From assembly GCF_006345805.1 (NCBI RefSeq), contig NC_042998.1, positions 29,016,001 to 29,080,000 on the forward strand: a stretch of DNA of 64,000 nucleotides. Direction: 5' to 3'. Below the pieces are notes generated by a model, which did no database searches, was not told where the DNA came from, and saw nothing but the letters and a program-made list of their open reading frames with translations. This DNA is from Octopus sinensis. Lineage: Eukaryota. This document shows, in pieces, positions 30,248 through 44,210 of this stretch; position 1 is the stretch's first letter, and each line of letters begins with the position of its first letter. The position numbers were made by a program, and so were the translations under genes.

Positions 30248-30600
30248 ATTGTGTTTTGGGAGGGTCATTCTCTTTTAATGCCTTATTATTTAACCCACTC
30301 ACCGGTTCGATTTCCACTCATTTAGTTATTTATTTTTTCTAAAATTTTTGTTGCACCTTGCAACATTTTCAATAGTTATTGACTTTTCAATGGTTGTTGA
30401 GCCAACGACTATTGAAAGGGTTGCAAGACGCAACAAAAATTTTAGAAAAAAAATCAATAAATGAGTGAAAATCGAACCAGTGAGTGTGTTAAATTATAAG
30501 ACACCAAAAGAGAATGACTCTCCCCAGACACAATAAAATACGCTTCAACACACGAATTCACATAAAGAATCTTGCAAACCAAATACAAAAACGAAATTAT
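30248..30600. mobile_element. Fold-back repeat family K (antisense+sense), possibly Penelope-related
   Basis: 30248-30376 is the reverse complement of ~30406-30534; the sense arm extends ~65 bp further. Confidence 0.8.
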
Positions 30601-30649
30601 TATTATTATCCTTATTACTATTATTATTTGTGTTAATGACATCTCATTG

Positions 30650-30967
30650 GTTATGACAATGTGAATTCCAATTGATCTGATCAACAGGACAGCCTGCTCT
30701 GCTCATAAAATTGGCGTGCAAGTGGTTGAGTATTCCACAGAAACACACACACCTTTAATGTAGTTCTCAGGGAGATTGAGCATGACACAGAATATGATAC
30801 GTCTGACTCTTTGAATTACTGGTACAACTCGTTTTTACTGGCTAAGTGAACTGGAGCAATGGGAAATAAAGTGTCTTGCTCAAGGACACAACACACTACC
30901 AGTAATTGAACTCACGACCTTACAATCATTAACGAAGTACCCTAATCTCTAAGCCACATGCCGTCAC
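30650..30967 (-). mobile_element. tRNA-derived SINE with CORE-like centre and a 3' domain resembling cephalopod SINEs
   Basis: Minus strand tggcttagagattaggg...gagttcaattac, gtgttgtgtccttgagcaagacacttt; 3' domain shared with 57423-57610. Confidence 0.8.
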
Positions 30968-33900
30968 ACTTAATAAGTATCATAATCAATAACTAATTAA
31001 TTTTAAATAATGATTAATTTTAATTTCCTGATTGCAATGTAACTAGGAAGTAAAATTTTCTTTAAAGAAAACTCTACAGAGTACAATGTTTAACAAATCT
31101 ATTTTATCAAAATATTCTTTGCTGTATAGTGATATTTACTTTACAGTAATTTTGTTTGAAAAGGAAACTTATATGACTATGACAAACCTTCTACAAGTGG
31201 TTTAAAATTTTGTTTGTCTCACCTGCATTTAATTTTTGTTTATGATATTCTAGATTAATCTAATATTTAAAAGCTATTTAATGAAATATATTCATGAAAA
31301 ATGTCTTTTCTTTTAAAACAAAGTTATAAAATAATAAAAATGTTTTCTGCGAATTAATTTTACTTTAATATAATTATGATCATTGAATTATGATTTGCAT
31401 ATCTAAAATTCTCTTGATGCGGTGTTATCATTTAGAGTTTAATATCAACATGGAGTAACTTAAGATATGAGTTAAGTCGTTCTAAAATTAATACAGATTC
31501 TGCCAGCAACAGTTAATGAAACTCATCTTCAGTTAGTCATATCTCATTTTGTTCTTTAAGAGCAAATAATAGGAGATAACACGAATAAGAACATCCTTCT
31601 TAGTAGCTACTGGCTTATTATTATGAAAGACATTCTAAAGATTGAACACTGACTCGTTTGCTTTTGAATTCGGATAGTAATGGAAGAACTGTCTACAAAT
31701 ATACACTTGTTGCATCTTGCACTAAAATTAAATCTTAACATTGACCTTATTTTTATGGAAGTTTATGATATTGTCAAATTCACATACTCCTGTCCATTTT
31801 ATACAGCTATTCCCTTCTGAAAATATATTCATATAAAATTGTCTCAATGTAAAAGGAAGTAATTGTTTTAGAACTAATTATAAATTATATAAGCTTTTGC
31901 AATGTACATAATTGTGATCTATTAAAATACATTATTTTCTGGACATACCTTTATTGTATAACTTTTCTATTCTTTAAGTCCTTTTCCAAAACCAAAATAT
32001 GTGGTGTTACATTCAGATATTGGGTATTGTCGTATATAGAGAAATATGAAGCAGATTTAGTAAATGTTAAACCTGTTTTGAAAGAATATGTCTTTGTGCT
32101 TCAAACCTTTCTGTAAATTGGGAAAAAAAGATGTTGTTAATGTATGAAATGAATTAGAGACTTCAGTAACGATGGGAATATAATTCCATGGTTGCTTTTT
32201 AATGATTTACTCAGTAAAAAACTTAATATAAGCCTTGTCAGATGAAATATATGGAACACTTGGGAAATACAAAACATAAGTTTATTTTTATTTTCCATCT
32301 CATATAGCATTTAAAAAAAATATTTAATGCAGTATGATATAATGAAATATGTTATAATTTTATAACATAGTGCAGTGCAATGCAATGTGACTCAAATGCA
32401 AGCTGGCAACTAGTTGGAATACGCCAAAATTTTTTTTAATGTAGAATAATCAAATTTGACTCAAAATATAAAATATTACTGATATTAAAGGCATTATAAT
32501 ATTTATTAGGTTATGGAATGGATTTTTGTAGATTGACAATATTTGTTAATGTTTATGAAGTAAATTATATTTTATTCCTTCAATAGCAATGTAAAACTAT
32601 TTGGATGTCTTCTGGAAGACATTGATTAATTTAATACATTATGCTTGTTGATCATAATGCTTCTAAGATAATCCCTTTGTTATATAAAGGATATGGAGTG
32701 TTTTCTTCTGCTTAGCTTCTATAGTTGCAATAACAAAATAGCTTATATAAATATGACTGAATCATTCAATCAAAACGAAGCATAATCTTATATTTCATTT
32801 TTATACTACATGATATCTCTGTGAATTTACTGGAGGTTGAGGTCTCCTTAATTTCTCGAGTGCTATTTTATAGTTTATTCTTGCAGTTTTATATTCCTTG
32901 AACAATTTTATAACCGTTAAGTATTTGGTGTTCTCATCTATTGAATATGGTTGTGAACAGAATATCAAGTGGAAACCTACCCACATGCATGTAGATGTGC
33001 TTGCTAATTTCAATAAAATCCTGCATATTTGGTATTTGTGTAAATGTCATTTCATTTAATACAAAAATGTTGATCATAAATATACCGTAGGAGAATTTTA
33101 CCTTTCAAAGAAAAAAAAAACAAATTTTTAAATGTTTCTGATTTAGCAAGTTATTTTATGTTTTAAATACTTCTTTCTTTTCATTCCTTCAAGAGAATAA
33201 TATTTATAAATCAAAATGTGAGTAAAATCTGGAAATATAGATGACATGAATTGCTTGAATGCTTGTCATAAAACATAGTTCATTCCTCAATCATATCAAG
33301 AAATAAAATGACTGTCTTAATTCATATACTGTAATTCAATCATCATTCTACACAATGTATTTTGATTGTTGGTTATACTATTACTATAAAAAATTTTAGT
33401 TCGGAATTTTCATTTCCTCATTGGCAGGAAATAAAAATTTGTGGTTAATCTTCTCAAGCTGACCCTCTGGCACTCATTGTTTAAATAGATCTCCAGAACA
33501 ATTAAAATGAGAGAGATTTCAAAATATTCATGATTTATTTTAAACATTTTATGTCATAACTTATTTCCATTCCAATAAAATGACCGAGTCCTGTAAATTA
33601 TGTGTTAAAACACTCATTGAAAAGACTGTTAGTTCTGGTTGTGAGTTCCCTGTTATATATTAGTAAGCAAAGGGAAAAAAATAGAATAGTAATTAATAAT
33701 ATAGTCTATAATATAACCTTATTTACTAAAAAAAATTATCTAAGTAACAATATACTTCTAATTGTATTTTATATTTATCAAAACATAACTTTAAAGAAAG
33801 AAAACAATGAAAAAAGACATATTTATGGCTTTTCAGCTTAATTCAAAATTTATAAAAGATTTTGAAAAAAAAAAATTAAATTCTTTCTGAAATCTTTAAT

Positions 33901-34718
33901 AAATTCTTGTTTAATTTACCGGTTGTCTTAATCTATTAAAAATGGACGTATGATATATGTAAAAAGCTGGAAAAATGTCAAAAAAAAAAAGGGAAGCTTA
34001 ATAACAAATTATTTTATAAGACAGCAGTTATGAAGCAAAGAAATTAGGAATTTGGCTTCAGAAGATTTTGTAGATATATTTCATATGTACAGCTATTTTT
34101 CTAAAGTGCATGTATGATGCTTAAATTTAACATGCAATTTTTATTTCAATTATTGGTGAAAATGTTGCATATTCCTTCTTTATTGGAAGTTCTCCTGACT
34201 AATAAATGGTTTAATTGATAAGCATTAGTATATTATCATTTTCTACATGGGCTTAAGTTAAAGGTGTGCAATAATAGTATGTAAGTGTGATTTCTGGGTG
34301 TATGTGTGCGTATGATCAGTGTCATCATCTTTATTGATATAATATATCCACTTCTTGTACAATTGAATGGGTTAAACAGATTTCCTCAAGTCCAGTATCT
34401 CATTACTTCTTCTGCTCCTTAGACTCGTGTTTCTCAAGGATTAGCTTTTCTCAGTTATCCTATACTTTTCTTTGGCCTAGCTCCCCTGCAGGTTCCTTCT
34501 AGTAGGATTGCTTTTACACACACACACATCAGCATCACTTGATCCAGAAAAAACACGTCTATGTTAATATTCCTTACCCATGCTCTATCATACACCTTCT
34601 ACACATCTTTCTTACTCCCAAACTTTTGAAGTTAAGCTTGCAATGTTAAAGGCACCCCAGATTTTTAATTGCTCACTAAACATTTTCTTATAATTTCATC
34701 TAACATGATTGATAAATT

Positions 34719-34761
<43 letters not shown>

Positions 34762-34780
34762 TAATAATAATAACAAATAA

Positions 34781-34950
34781 TAATAATATGAGGGAATATA
34801 ATTCCAAACTTACAGGGAAAAATTCAATTTAGAAATACTAAATCAAATTTCACAAAATATGATATATATATATATATATATATATAAATTAGAAAAAAAC
34901 CCACCTTTTATCAATTCAATAAGGAAAAATGAAATTATACAATTTAGAAA
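34781..34950 (-). mobile_element. Repeat family J, truncated copy
   Basis: tgagggaatataattccaaacttacagggaaaaattcaatttagaaatactaaatcaaatttcacaaaatat nearly identical to 22558-22630. Confidence 0.8.
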
Positions 34951-35640
34951 TATATATATTTAGAAATATATATATATAATCATAACAAATGAAGTAGGAA
35001 ATGAGGGATGCTTCTAACAATGCAGAAGGTTTAAAAGGTACTTATCTTCAGAAGGATAGAGCCAAAGAAATGTGTGTCTACAAAGACCAGGCCATTTGCA
35101 GATGCCCAAAATATAAAAGTTTTTTTTTTAACTTTCTGAATTCTTAGAAGCTTTCCACATTTCTAATTTCATTTATTATTCTATTTCTGTAATACGGTGC
35201 TTCAAGTGAACTACATCACTCTTCTTGTGATGTGATTGTAATATTCAACATTAAATGAGTTTAGCAACTAATATGCAGTGACACATGCATTTGTATACAT
35301 AACAGTAAAAATCATAATGTTGTAGAAACCAGTTGTAGTCTATATGTACATTTGTGTGCTCACACACACACACACATATATATAAAACAGGTGAGGAATT
35401 ACTTAATTGATAATTATTTACACAAGCTAAGTAATTTTATTCATATTGAAAATTTCACCTTCATTTAGATTTCATCTTTCGAATGTTTTTTGTATACCTG
35501 CTTATATGTGTGAATGAATGAGCAGTTTAAACTTCTATTCACATATGAAAGTCTCTATACATTTGATATATAATATATATAATTATATATAAGCACAGAC
35601 AAATATATAAGTATAAATATACATAAGTATAAATGTATAT

Positions 35641-35930
35641 ATCATCATTGTTGTTTATTGTCTACCTTCCTTGCTGGCATGGGTTAGATGATTTAACAGA
35701 AGCTGGACAGGCAGGAGCCTGCATCTGATTTCTGTTTCTGTTTTAGCAGGGTGTTTATGACTGGGTGCCCTTCCTAACACCAACCACTTAGCAGAGTGGA
35801 CTGAGTGCTGTTTACATAGCACAAGCACAAGTAAGGTCAGTTTTGGCAAAATGCCAACCACTTTACAGTGTGGAGTGGATGCTTTTTATGTGGCATCAGC
35901 ACTAGCAGGGCCACCAAATAACTTGCAACA
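35641..35930 (-). mobile_element. RTE-type LINE 3' UTR fragment (older, partly duplicated)
   Basis: ctggcatgggttagatg, gcccttcctaacaccaaccact, gctttttatgtggca motifs. Confidence 0.65.
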
Positions 35931-36356
35931 CAAAACTCCTCTTAGCAGGTGTGGTGGGCATTGGAGGAGGTGATCTAATGTTAGATAATGAAAGGTTATA
36001 TTGTGACAGAGATACAGAAACAGGTGTCTTGCTGTAGAGGAGTACAAGATTACCCGGCTAGAGAGAGAGAGATCAGGAATGAGGAGAGAAACAGGTGTTT
36101 ATATATAGTTGAATAATCATATAAAACAAGTTATTGATATTTGAGGTCCTTCATTACAATAATTCTATTTATCTTATACTAAAACAGAAAACATCTCATC
36201 AGATGGAGAGATCAAATTATAAAACAGGTTGAAAATATTGCTCTTATGTGCTATAGAATTATGCTAAAAAAATGCAAACAATTACAGAAGTGATAAGTAA
36301 TTATATAAATAGTTATAAAAATTGAAAGGCAGTAGAGATTAGAAATTCAAAATTAA

Positions 36357-36572
36357 CCCTTTAGTATTGAAATTACTCTGTCAAGTACAATACTTATTTA
36401 TTCATACCGCTTTGAATTGATTGTGCATTATTTTGTAGCTTTGAGATTTCAATGATTTAGTTGCTTATTTTTAGAATGGCATTGTAGAGTAGGTGTGAGA
36501 TGCCAGATCGGGTCCATTTGAACATAAAACATGTAGAGTACTTGACCCTGATATGACCACTTTAAATGCAAA
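36357..36572. mobile_element. piggyBac-type MITE family P2
   Basis: ttaa-ccctttag start; homologous to 19259-19480. Confidence 0.65.
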
Positions 36573-37220
36573 TAAAAATATGAAAATAAAGTGTACAAAT
36601 TAAAACAAACAAGTAAATCAAAAATGAAGACAAGTAGGAAACAAGGATAACAAAATGTTTCTTGATAATGTCTAAGTGATAATGCATGGAAGATTAAGGA
36701 ACCTAGAATAAAGAGTAAAAGGACCACCAAACTGTGAAATGAATTGAAAACAAAAAAGAAATAAAGAATATAAAATATATGAAAGTGAAAAATAAAAACA
36801 TAATCAAAGAAAGGAAATTAAAAAAATGAAATGTAAAAATAACGGTAACTATGAGAATAATGTTAAAATCCATAATTGAATTATTATAAAGTGGAAAGCT
36901 TGTTGACTGTACAAGATAATATGATATCAAATTCCAGACATTATAAGATAATGTGATATCAAATTACAGACTGAACAAGGCCAATACTAAGGAAATTATT
37001 GAACCATAGCCATGGTAAATTAAAAAGGGCAGGCCCAAAAACACCCAACATATCACATTTGGCCTTCTGATACATATTAAAAGTACTCATTTGTATATGG
37101 TATATGTACTGGTGTTGAAACTTATGACAGAATAATATCAGGACCAGCATTCTTTTATAGATGGGAACAAAAATGATAAGAGATTCAAATTTGGGAATGC
37201 ACTGCTCTCTCACTCAATAA

Positions 37221-37440
37221 TAATTATTTCTGCTCTATGCACAAGGCCTTGAAATTTTGTGGGGAGGGGCTAGTCGATTATATAAACCTCCAGTGCATAA
37301 CTGGTACTTATTTTGTCTACCCCAAAAGGATGAAAGGCAAAGTCCATCTCAGTGGAATTTGAACTCAGAACGTAGCAGCAGACGAAATACAGCTAAGCAT
37401 TTCGCCAGGCATGCTAACAATTCTGCCAGCTCGCTGCCTT
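37221..37440 (-). mobile_element. SINE family B with 15-bp TSD
   Basis: TSD tctctcactcaataa (37206-37220) / tctctgactcaataa (37441-37455); an older B-like copy follows at ~37510-37715. Confidence 0.88.
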
Positions 37441-37460
37441 TCTCTGACTCAATAAGAAAG

Positions 37461-37515
<55 letters not shown>

Positions 37516-39693
37516 TAACAACAATCATTTCAGACTTTTGTCCAAGGCCAGTAATTTCAGTGGTGGATGATTAGTTGATTAGATTGGCCCATTTGATAGA
37601 ACCTTCATTTTATTGACCACAGAAGGACATAAGGCTGACCTTGAGATTTGAGCTCAAAATGTTAAGAACTGGAAAAAATGCCTCTAAACCTTTTTCTTGA
37701 TTCTCACTAGCTTGCTATTTCAGTAATAACATTAACAACAACAGTAATAATACAAACAACAATAAATAACTTACAAACCAATTAAAGCTAAAAACGACAA
37801 AATAGCTAAGAATGAAAAAAATTAGTTATGGAAACCAATACTGTACCATCAGTTCATATAGTGTGAAGTTGGACTATATTTTATGAAGCATATTTTTAAC
37901 CCACAATTGATTAATTAATAACTTTTACCTCAGCATAATGTAGTTACTAATGAACCACTTTAGCAACTAATTCATTTTGCATATTTGATAGGTATTGATT
38001 ATTAGCCATAAGAATCTTGAGTGCATAAGCAACATCCTTGACTTTTTTCTTTGGTAAGGTTTATCTGAATTATTAAAAGAGCAGTTAGTCTTAAACTCAA
38101 CTCTCTTAGACTTTCAACTGAAAATATATTCAGTTAGAAAGGTAGAAAATTTGAATTTTCAATTAACAAAGAGTGATTGCACTTTTGTAGTTAAATCTTT
38201 GTGATATTTTATTTCTACAGTGCATTTATATACCGTATTTATAATGTATGTATTTCCCATCTAAAGGGCACCTTCTAGAACTTCTACAGTGGTAATCATG
38301 ATTATTACTATCAAGAAGATTCTCCCTACTATTAAGAGTAAATAAGCATGTATACTGGGATGCAATAAATTACAAGAATAATGCAGTTCATACCACTGAC
38401 ACTTGGAGTGGACAATATCCAACTTCGAGATTCCAGGGCTATTTGTAACATCCATTGATAGTTTCCTAGTTAGAGCAGGCAAGATATAAGGTTCATGATT
38501 TAATTTTGTGGTATTCAATTTTTTAATGATCTTATTCCTATACTTTGATCCTGATTGTGTATAGTTATCTTGTCTATTTAATTTAATTCTATTTGAGTTA
38601 ATGAAGCTTGTAGTTGAACCAGTCAAAGCTTTTACTAAATGTCTAATGGTATGTGCTGTGGCAGAAAATTCCTTCTGTTTGAAAGAGGATCTTTGCAGTG
38701 GGTGTTTTCATTTCTTTATAGTAAGGTGGCTTATACCAGGCAATATTCCACTTTCTATTTCTTAAAATAACCACCACAAGGATTACAATTATTCTTACTC
38801 TTTAAGTTAGATGTTCCTTATGAATCCTCATCGACATTTGCTGTATCAGTTTATAAATACTAGTCTTAAATATTTGTTATTCATTAGATCATTAGATTAG
38901 TCCTATGAGTAATTGTCTCTTTTAAGCTAGCGCCCATAATATATCTAATTTTCTCCTTATGGATACTCCTACTCAAAGTCTCATTAAAATATTCAGCAAT
39001 ATAATTAAAGATCTATTTGCTGGTTGAGAGGAACAAAATCTTAATCGATATAATTTTCATTAGGCTACTGATAATGGACTTAGAATGATTAGAGAATTTA
39101 TGTACATACTGGAGACATTCATATGGATTGTGGAAAGGGCTATATACACTTACATAGACACAGATATATGTATATACATATACATATTCATATGCATTCA
39201 TATCATACATCTCTCTCATTCTCTCTTTCTCTCTCTCTGTATATATATATATATATATATACAAAATCATACCTTTAATCATCACACACTTTTTATCCCT
39301 ATTTGCAAGTGTTTATTGTTATTCTATTTTAAGAGATGACTTTGGTGGAACTACTGCCCACTGGTCTTATGTCCATGGGGAATCATATGTTATCCCCCCC
39401 TTGGTTTTAGGGTGTTGTTGCATTATTGCATGAATGAGCTATTCTGCATGAATATATACACATGTACATACATACGGACATATATATATATTATATAAAA
39501 GTATGTGTGTTTTCGTACCTGTACATACACATAACTATATGAATATAAATATATATATATTTATATACATGCATACTTGTGCATATCAATATGCATATAT
39601 CCACTTATATGGTACTATGTATGTACAGTCACATGTATTCATATACTTACATGCATATATCTATATGTATATATCTATATATATGTATATATA

Positions 39694-39734
<41 letters not shown>

Positions 39735-39897
39735 CACAATTTATAAAAAAAAAATATATATATATATATGCACACACACAATTTATAAAAAACATATATA
39801 TATATATATATATACATATTTATATACATACACATATGTATATCTTTAATATAGATACATATTTATCCATATTCATATCTATATATGTATGTGCTTA

Positions 39898-40528
39898 TAA
39901 CTTAGAATAACTTAGAAAGGTTTTGGCCAGTATTGGCCCAGGCCATGTCTAACTTAATAGCACCACCTGGCGAAGTCTTTCAGTTCAGGATTTGGGCACC
40001 AAGGCCCATTCGAGCAGAGAGTTATTGTTTGCGGAGACATATCCGGGTGTGGGTGGTTTGTCCGGTACTGTTTGAAGGAATTTGTCCAAAGACTTCTTGA
40101 ATTTTGTGTGGTCAGTTTCTTTTTTGACGTGTCCTGGTGTAATGTTGAAGAGAGTGGGTCCAATTGAGGTGAAATAGTTGTGCCGTATTGTTGTTATGTG
40201 ATGCGATTTAGATTTTTGTTGTGGACGGATGGCACGTGGTCCAAGCCTTGGATGCATTTTGAAGGTGATGCCAACATCATTCGGACAGTGCTGATGGAAT
40301 ATTTTCCACATCATACAGATAATGTAGCGTTCACGGCGTCGTTGGAGTGAATACAATTTCAGCTTCTCTAGTCTACCCCAGTAGTCAAGGTCTGACATGC
40401 CATCTATCTTTTTTGTGATTGACCTTTGGGGAGCTTCAATTCTCATAATATTTTGCTTTGTGTAGGGAGACCACAGTGGACAGCAGTATTCAAGGTGGGG
40501 TCGGGCAAAAGTGGAGAAGAGAAGGATA
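39898..40528 (-). mobile_element. 5'-truncated CR1-clade LINE (ORF2 C-terminus, 3' UTR and tandem tail)
   Basis: Open frame LFSTFARPHLEYCCPLWSP...IEAPQRSITKKI...YWGRLEKLKLYSLQRRRER...FKKSLDKFL, typical CR1/L2 post-RT motifs; tail (TTCTAAGTTA)2. Confidence 0.92.
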
Positions 40529-40531
40529 ATA

Positions 40532-40563
<32 letters not shown>

Positions 40564-40833
40564 ATACCCATATATATAATATATTTATTTAGATACACAT
40601 ATGCATAAATGCTGATTTGCACATAGGAATGCTTACTCATGTTCACTTACTAATATGTATTCACAGATATATGTGTATGTTGATGGAGATAGGTACAAAT
40701 ATATATAATCAGAGGCATATGCATAGAAATATATATATATATATATATATACATAGAGACACACACAAATATATATGCATATATATATACATATATGCAT
40801 GCATATATATACACAAACATATATTTATACACA

Positions 40834-40868
<35 letters not shown>

Positions 40869-41834
40869 GGTTGTACATATATGTGTGTGTATACATTTAT
40901 ATTTCTTACATATGAGTTTTAAGGGTAACTGAAATATATTTAATCATTTTGAGGTTTCACTTTTTTCTGGAATAGGAATCCAAACATCAATGCTGCTTTA
41001 TAATGTTTTAACTTCTCATTTATATTGTGTTGTGCATAGAATAAGTATGAAGTTTACATTTTTCAAACTTTTACTCTTGCGGCTGTTGTTTTGATGTTCA
41101 TAAATTTTATTGTTGTACATAGTTATACAATATAATTCACAAAAACTATTGATAGAATTTTCAATTTCCAAACTGGTATTATATATAAAGTATGATTTCA
41201 TTGTTGTGGTTTATAGCTAATAGTGCTGAAATTATGAATCTCAGAAAATGAAATTATAGATAACTGCAACAAAACTTAACAGATTCATGGTATATAGGTA
41301 TTTGAATGTCCTTGTTTAAATCCTCCCTCAAATACCTATGGATATATAGTATGATTATTTATGTATTCCATACGCTCTTATCTAATGTCCATAGTTAAAG
41401 TCTTCACACTTTGTTATCAGAATTCTCCAATAATAGATCACCATTATTAACTTTTAGTTGAGGTTTTGGAAATTGTGACATACCATTCCCAAAAGCATTT
41501 GAAAAGTTAGTGAAATAGTGACTCTGTGAATAATAGCATTGTTGAGTAGTAATTTACCTTCTTTTGCTATGGAATTCCAAACAGTAAAAGATAATCTTTA
41601 AGATTATCTCCATCACTAGAATTATCTGTTCTTGTGAAGTAGATAATATTGTTTGAAGATATTTTCTTTTTTGTCTTGTACTGTTTGAGGTAATTGCTGC
41701 TTATTTGTAATTCATTAAAATGAAAACTCTTCTGTCAATATTTGGTGAATATTAAATTAATTAGAAAAGAATATATTTCAAAATAGAAATAATATATTTC
41801 TAAATCTCTCAGAGAGATCTATGCAGTAGCAGCA

Positions 41835-42193
41835 CAATAAAGTGATAGCATGTTGTCATCTTAATGTGACAGTCCCATGAAAAGGAAGAATGCTACTGTT
41901 ATTTAGCCCTAGGAAACACCGTTTCCTGTGTCCTTATGTTTTCAAAGTGGAGACCAGCACCTCCACCCAGCAAAGCCAGCACCCAGAGAATAGTCTTAGA
42001 GTCATTGCTCATTATCATTCTGGAGTAGCATGGCTTACTAGCTGTCGATGCCTATCTGCCTTTGAAAAGATAAAAGCAGAGGAAATGTGTCAAGTCCAAC
42101 AGGAAATGGTGTTTCCTAGGGTTAAATAACAGTAGCATTCTTTCCTTTTATGGGACTGTCACATTAAGTTGACAACATGCTATCACTTTATTG
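41835..42193. mobile_element. MITE/fold-back element with ~95-bp terminal inverted repeats
   Basis: 41835-41929 is the reverse complement of 42099-42193 (caataaagtgatagcatgttgtca...tgacaacatgctatcactttattg). Confidence 0.88.
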
Positions 42194-42220
42194 AATATAT
42201 TTCAGCTTCAATAATATATA

Positions 42221-42455
42221 AAGGCGGCGAGCCGACAGAAACGTTAGCACGCCGGATGAAATGCTTAGTGGTATTGTGTCTGCTGTTACATTCTGAGTTC
42301 AAATTCTGCCGAGGTTGACTTTGCCTTTCATCCTTTTTCGGGGTTGATTAAATAAGTACCAGTTATGCACTTGGGTCAATGTAATCGACTTCATCCCTTT
42401 GTCTGTCTTTGTTTGTCCCCTCTATGTTTAGCCCCCTGTGGGCAATAAAGAAATA
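42221..42455 (+). mobile_element. SINE family B
   Basis: aaggcggcgagccgacagaaacgttagc...gcctttcatcc...aagtaccag; flanked by tatataaag on both sides. Confidence 0.88.
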
Positions 42456-44053
42456 ATTATATAAAGCACATTCAAAACAGTAGGTAACTTGTATTCTAGA
42501 TCTAATTAAAATATATTGGTATCGAAACAGATTGCTTTTTATTATGAAAGTATCCACTTGTGTCAGCATAGAATAGGAAGGAGAAGCTCTAATGATGCTT
42601 GACTGGTGAGTTTGAAGAAATAAATTGTTGAATCTGGTTTCAAGAACATTTATATAATAAAATATTTATATCAAGGATTTGATATACAAAAGAATACCTA
42701 TTTATCTGTGTGTGTGTGTATACACAGCAATATAGATATATAGATAGATAAACAAATAAATAGAGAGATATAGGATGTATGTACTTGTGTGTGTGCATCT
42801 TATTTTGTCATAGTAATTATACAAGCAGAAGGATAAAGTTAATTTTGAGCACTCAGACGCATGCACATTTATAGGCATATGATCGTTTATATACACATGC
42901 ACATATGTATATATATGACAAAATAAATCAGAAATTTCATTATTCAAGTCATTACAAAATTTCTGAATAGTATGAATTGTTTGTTTTTCTCGTTGTTGTT
43001 GTTTAAAATGAATAAAATAATAGATTAGAATGAAATATGAATGAACGCAAAGTTAGAAGACATTTTGAGTGATAAACCTGTTTTTCTAAATTTATAAGAG
43101 TTTTAGTTATGATTTGCTTTTTGAACTGAGCACAGCTTAGAATAAAGCATCACTAATAACTAAGGATTTTCATCTTTGTCATCCAGTCTACATATAGATT
43201 CTAAAATATCCAGTTTCTATGTTACAAGGGACTAATATACATTTGGTACACGGTTCTTGATATTATTACACCTTCTAATTTAACTTCTTGTTTCTATATT
43301 CATGTTCTTTCATATTGGATGAAATCTGGCCTCTTGGAATAAGGAAAACAAAAACAACAAAAATACTTGAAAATAATTGTTTTTAATTTGTTCTTCTTTA
43401 CCGTTTTCTACATTAATTCTATTATCATGAATTTTCTTCAAATAGATATTAGATAGTAGTTAGTAATCTTATTTGTCTTCTCTTATTTTAATATTTATGA
43501 AACACTAAGCAGTTAGCATTATCTGCAAATTTATATTTTAACAAAAATTGGCTTGTGAATTCGCTGCTGAGAATACGTTTTAAAACTTCTCATATACCTT
43601 TATTATCATCCTTCAACGTTCTCTGAAAACTTATATATTTTTTTATATTTTTTAAAACACGTCTCCATAGTTTTACAATATAGTCCTCTTTGTATCGTTC
43701 CTCTTTTAAAATTTAATCTTTGACACTTCAATATAATTTTAGAAATCTTCATTGATTCTTTTATATGCTTTCATATTATATTTAAATACTACTTCAAGAA
43801 TTTATCTGTTAGATTAGTAACCATTTTGCTATTTCAAAACCAAATTGCACTAATACTCAACTCATACCTGTAAATGTGAAATTAAAACTGCATTTAATAC
43901 TCTGAGATATGAATTTTATCTTTCTAAACAAGTCTCAGTGTCTCATTTCAAATTTTATGTCCCTCTTCTCTTTCTCTCTTCTCCTTCCTCACAAATCTCT
44001 GCACATATATATACACACATGTATAGTTATGTGTAGTTATATGTGTATATATA

Positions 44054-44085
<32 letters not shown>

Positions 44086-44161
44086 CACACACACACATAC
44101 ACATATATATATAAACACACACATACACGTATACAGATGTACATACATATGCACATATTTC

Positions 44162-44210
<49 letters not shown>

